Shown: one piece after another, positions 61,855 through 64,000 of the stretch | Layout of the letters: each line of letters opens with the position of its first letter | Numbering within the stretch: position 1 is the stretch's first letter | DNA from: Heptranchias perlo | Lineage: Eukaryota | Reading direction: 5' to 3' | DNA length: 64,000 bases | Assembly: GCF_035084215.1 (NCBI RefSeq) | Contig: NC_090358.1 | Coordinates: 1,488,001-1,552,000 of the forward strand | The notes under the pieces: model-generated | The model's database searches: none | What the model saw: only the letters and a program-made list of their open reading frames with translations | Told to the model about the DNA's origin: nothing | Program-made: the position numbers and the translations under genes

Positions 61855-64000
61855 TCAAATTCTGTCAGCACTGCTACTAGAGAAGTCTGTCTGCAGAGGG
61901 GTAATGTTGTGCTCGTAAGCTGCATACTCCGAGTTCCCAGTGCTGGCCAACTTGAGCTGCTGGGCAGCGTGAGAGAGCTGAAATGCAGCATCGGGATGGG
62001 CTGTGTCTGGGAGGAGCGTACACTCACGGTCCAACATATCTGCAACACCTTTCAGCAGGTCCAGAAATCCAAATGCGAGGGCTGCCTTTCTCAACCGATT
62101 CAGTTCCTGTGAAAGGAAATGCACAGGCTGAAGGAGTGCTTGCTTTTAAAATGTGAAATTTGTGCTCATCACAGCGAAGGGATCAATGCTGAGGAATAGC
62201 GTTAGAATCTAGCACTCACAGGCAGAGGGCAGCACAGGACAAAAGTGCAGCTCCTTCTATCAGCCTCAATGATGTGAACAAAATGCCTTCTGTACCAGTG
62301 TGACAATTCCATTCATCACATTACAGCTTCACCGAGAGACTGATAATTAGTGCCATTTATAGGCATCATCTAATAGGAATTTGATTAACACTGTCCTAAT
62401 CTCATTTCCTATAAAGACTCTTTCAGCCCTCAGAGAGGAGATGTTAATTCCAGTTGAGTTTGGCCTGGATTCAGATCCTGGTCTCAGAGGTGGAAGAGCA
62501 CTGAGCTAAGCTGGCCACTTCACCCAGTGCCCTAAGAGTTTTACTTTTCTGCACGAGTCTGGTTATCGTCAGTAACTCCTGACTGGATCAGACGTACCAA
62601 AGGGCAGGGGCTGCAGTTTATGGGTGGGGGAAGTTGCTCAGATAGGGTCAGGCGAGTCTGTGAGAGGATCTTAAAATGAGGATAAAGGCCCTGAAATCGA
62701 TTCCCTGCTACTTGTATTTACAAGTAAACCGGCTGAGCTCCACTTCGATGTCAGAAAATAATTGGACGTTTTTAGGCTGGAAAAATTCCAATGGTAACTT
62801 GTGAGGGCAGAACTTCCAGATGGTGCCGAATGACAGAGATAGACCTGTGTTTCAGGTGCATATTCTTTGTCAGAACTCGAGTAAAATTTGAAATTTGCCC
62901 CAAGTGTGGACCTGCTTATTCCACCTGTTACTGAAGTGTAAAGTCAGGGATACCTCACAGGAAGCGGCCTGTCTTTATATCACGTTTACCATTCACAGGC
63001 AGCCTCTCCATTAATACAGCACTTTACCCAAAGCCAGATCCCAAATGGCAAATCCCCAGATCTGCAGGGAGAAGATTAACAATCAAATTTTGCCCATCAG
63101 GTAGCAACGGTTTAACAAACATTGTACAATGAATATACTCTCCACCAGTCCTACCCTTTGTGTTTTAGATTTGATTGCCTGCCCACAGCTGAGGGTGATG
63201 ACCTGGAGACTGGATTACCTGAAGAAACTGAAGATGAGAATTCACTGAGGATCAACCCATTTACCTTGTAGAATGTCTGTGTCTTTTCTGGAAGTTTCCG
63301 AGCATTTCTTAAAATCTTCTGAACATCGGTCTAAAGGCAAAGGAGAAGATATTAGAGGCGATTAAGAGACCGTCTAAAGGCTGCATTCCCCTTTAAATAT
63401 GTTAAGAATTGGATTCAGTTTATAGAGATATCCCATATTCAGCAGCTAAATGCTGACAATTGACTGCGTGATCCTGTAAGGATTGTAAAGGAAGCTATAC
63501 TATATATTTTATACATCAGCCACTCCATGCTGCAAACTACAGAACCGTATGCTCAGCACACAGCCCACATCTGAGAGCTGCATAGAGCAAGGCAGCAATG
63601 GCAAATAGTTTAGTCTGACAGGTACTAGCTGTATAACTGGTGTATATTTTCGATATGAGTATTGTGCAACATACGTCAGACATGTGCAGTAGGCACTAGT
63701 ATCTGGCGTTATGCACAAATTATAAAATAATAAGCACATAGGGTTTACAGATTGTAGCTACATTCATGAAAACCTTAAAAATGATCCATTTTGACATTAA
63801 AGATGGAGATAAGTAGAGTCAAAGTGAAGGGAAGACTTTATCACCGACTGGATTGTGTGAAATTTTTAAAGTGAGTTCCTGTACATTCTCTAAAGTGTCC
63901 AATTATCAATCAGTGCCAAGACATTAGGAGCTTGAGTACAGACAGGCTAATAACACAACACACCCAGTACCACCCATACCTGCAGTCCACTGGGCTTAAT
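61855..64000 (-). CDS. INTS14: Integrator complex subunit 14 (VWA9), 3' part; join(63980..>64000,63265..63330,61855..62106)
   Basis: IKPSGLQ|TDVQKILRNARKLPEKTQTFYK|ELNRLRKAALAFGFLDLLKGVADMLDRECTLLPDTAHPDAAFQL...ADRI* resembles the vertebrate INTS14 C-terminus; convergent with HACD3 as in human; gene continues beyond the window. Confidence 0.95.

Overview
Vertebrate genomic DNA, most likely a cartilaginous fish (inferred from SacSINE1-like DeuSINEs, HER1/CR1-type LINE tails and shark-type Penelope-like elements). Four spliced genes were resolved exon by exon with GT-AG boundaries and consistent phases: C15orf40 (-, 4 exons), BTBD1 (-, 8 exons), HACD3 (+, 11 exons) and the 3' end of INTS14 (-). 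The 8.5-kb interval between the divergent BTBD1 and HACD3 promoters is the most interesting part. It is a degenerate palindrome built on a 5S rDNA remnant, and one 5S copy is interrupted after nt ~22 by a Tx1-clade (Mutsu-like) ORF1. Inside that ORF1 sits a 3.3-kb, TSD-bounded, single-ORF (APE+RT) LINE with a tRNA-derived A/B-box head and, by my scan, no TTTT run on its sense strand. It is a candidate Pol III-transcribed, protein-coding retrotransposon, with a possible start-to-stop long-range duplex. The window also holds hammerhead-bearing Penelope-like foldback insertions, MITEs, minisatellites and a partial duplicate of HACD3 exon 8. All calls were made by eye; family names rest on recalled sequences, not database searches.
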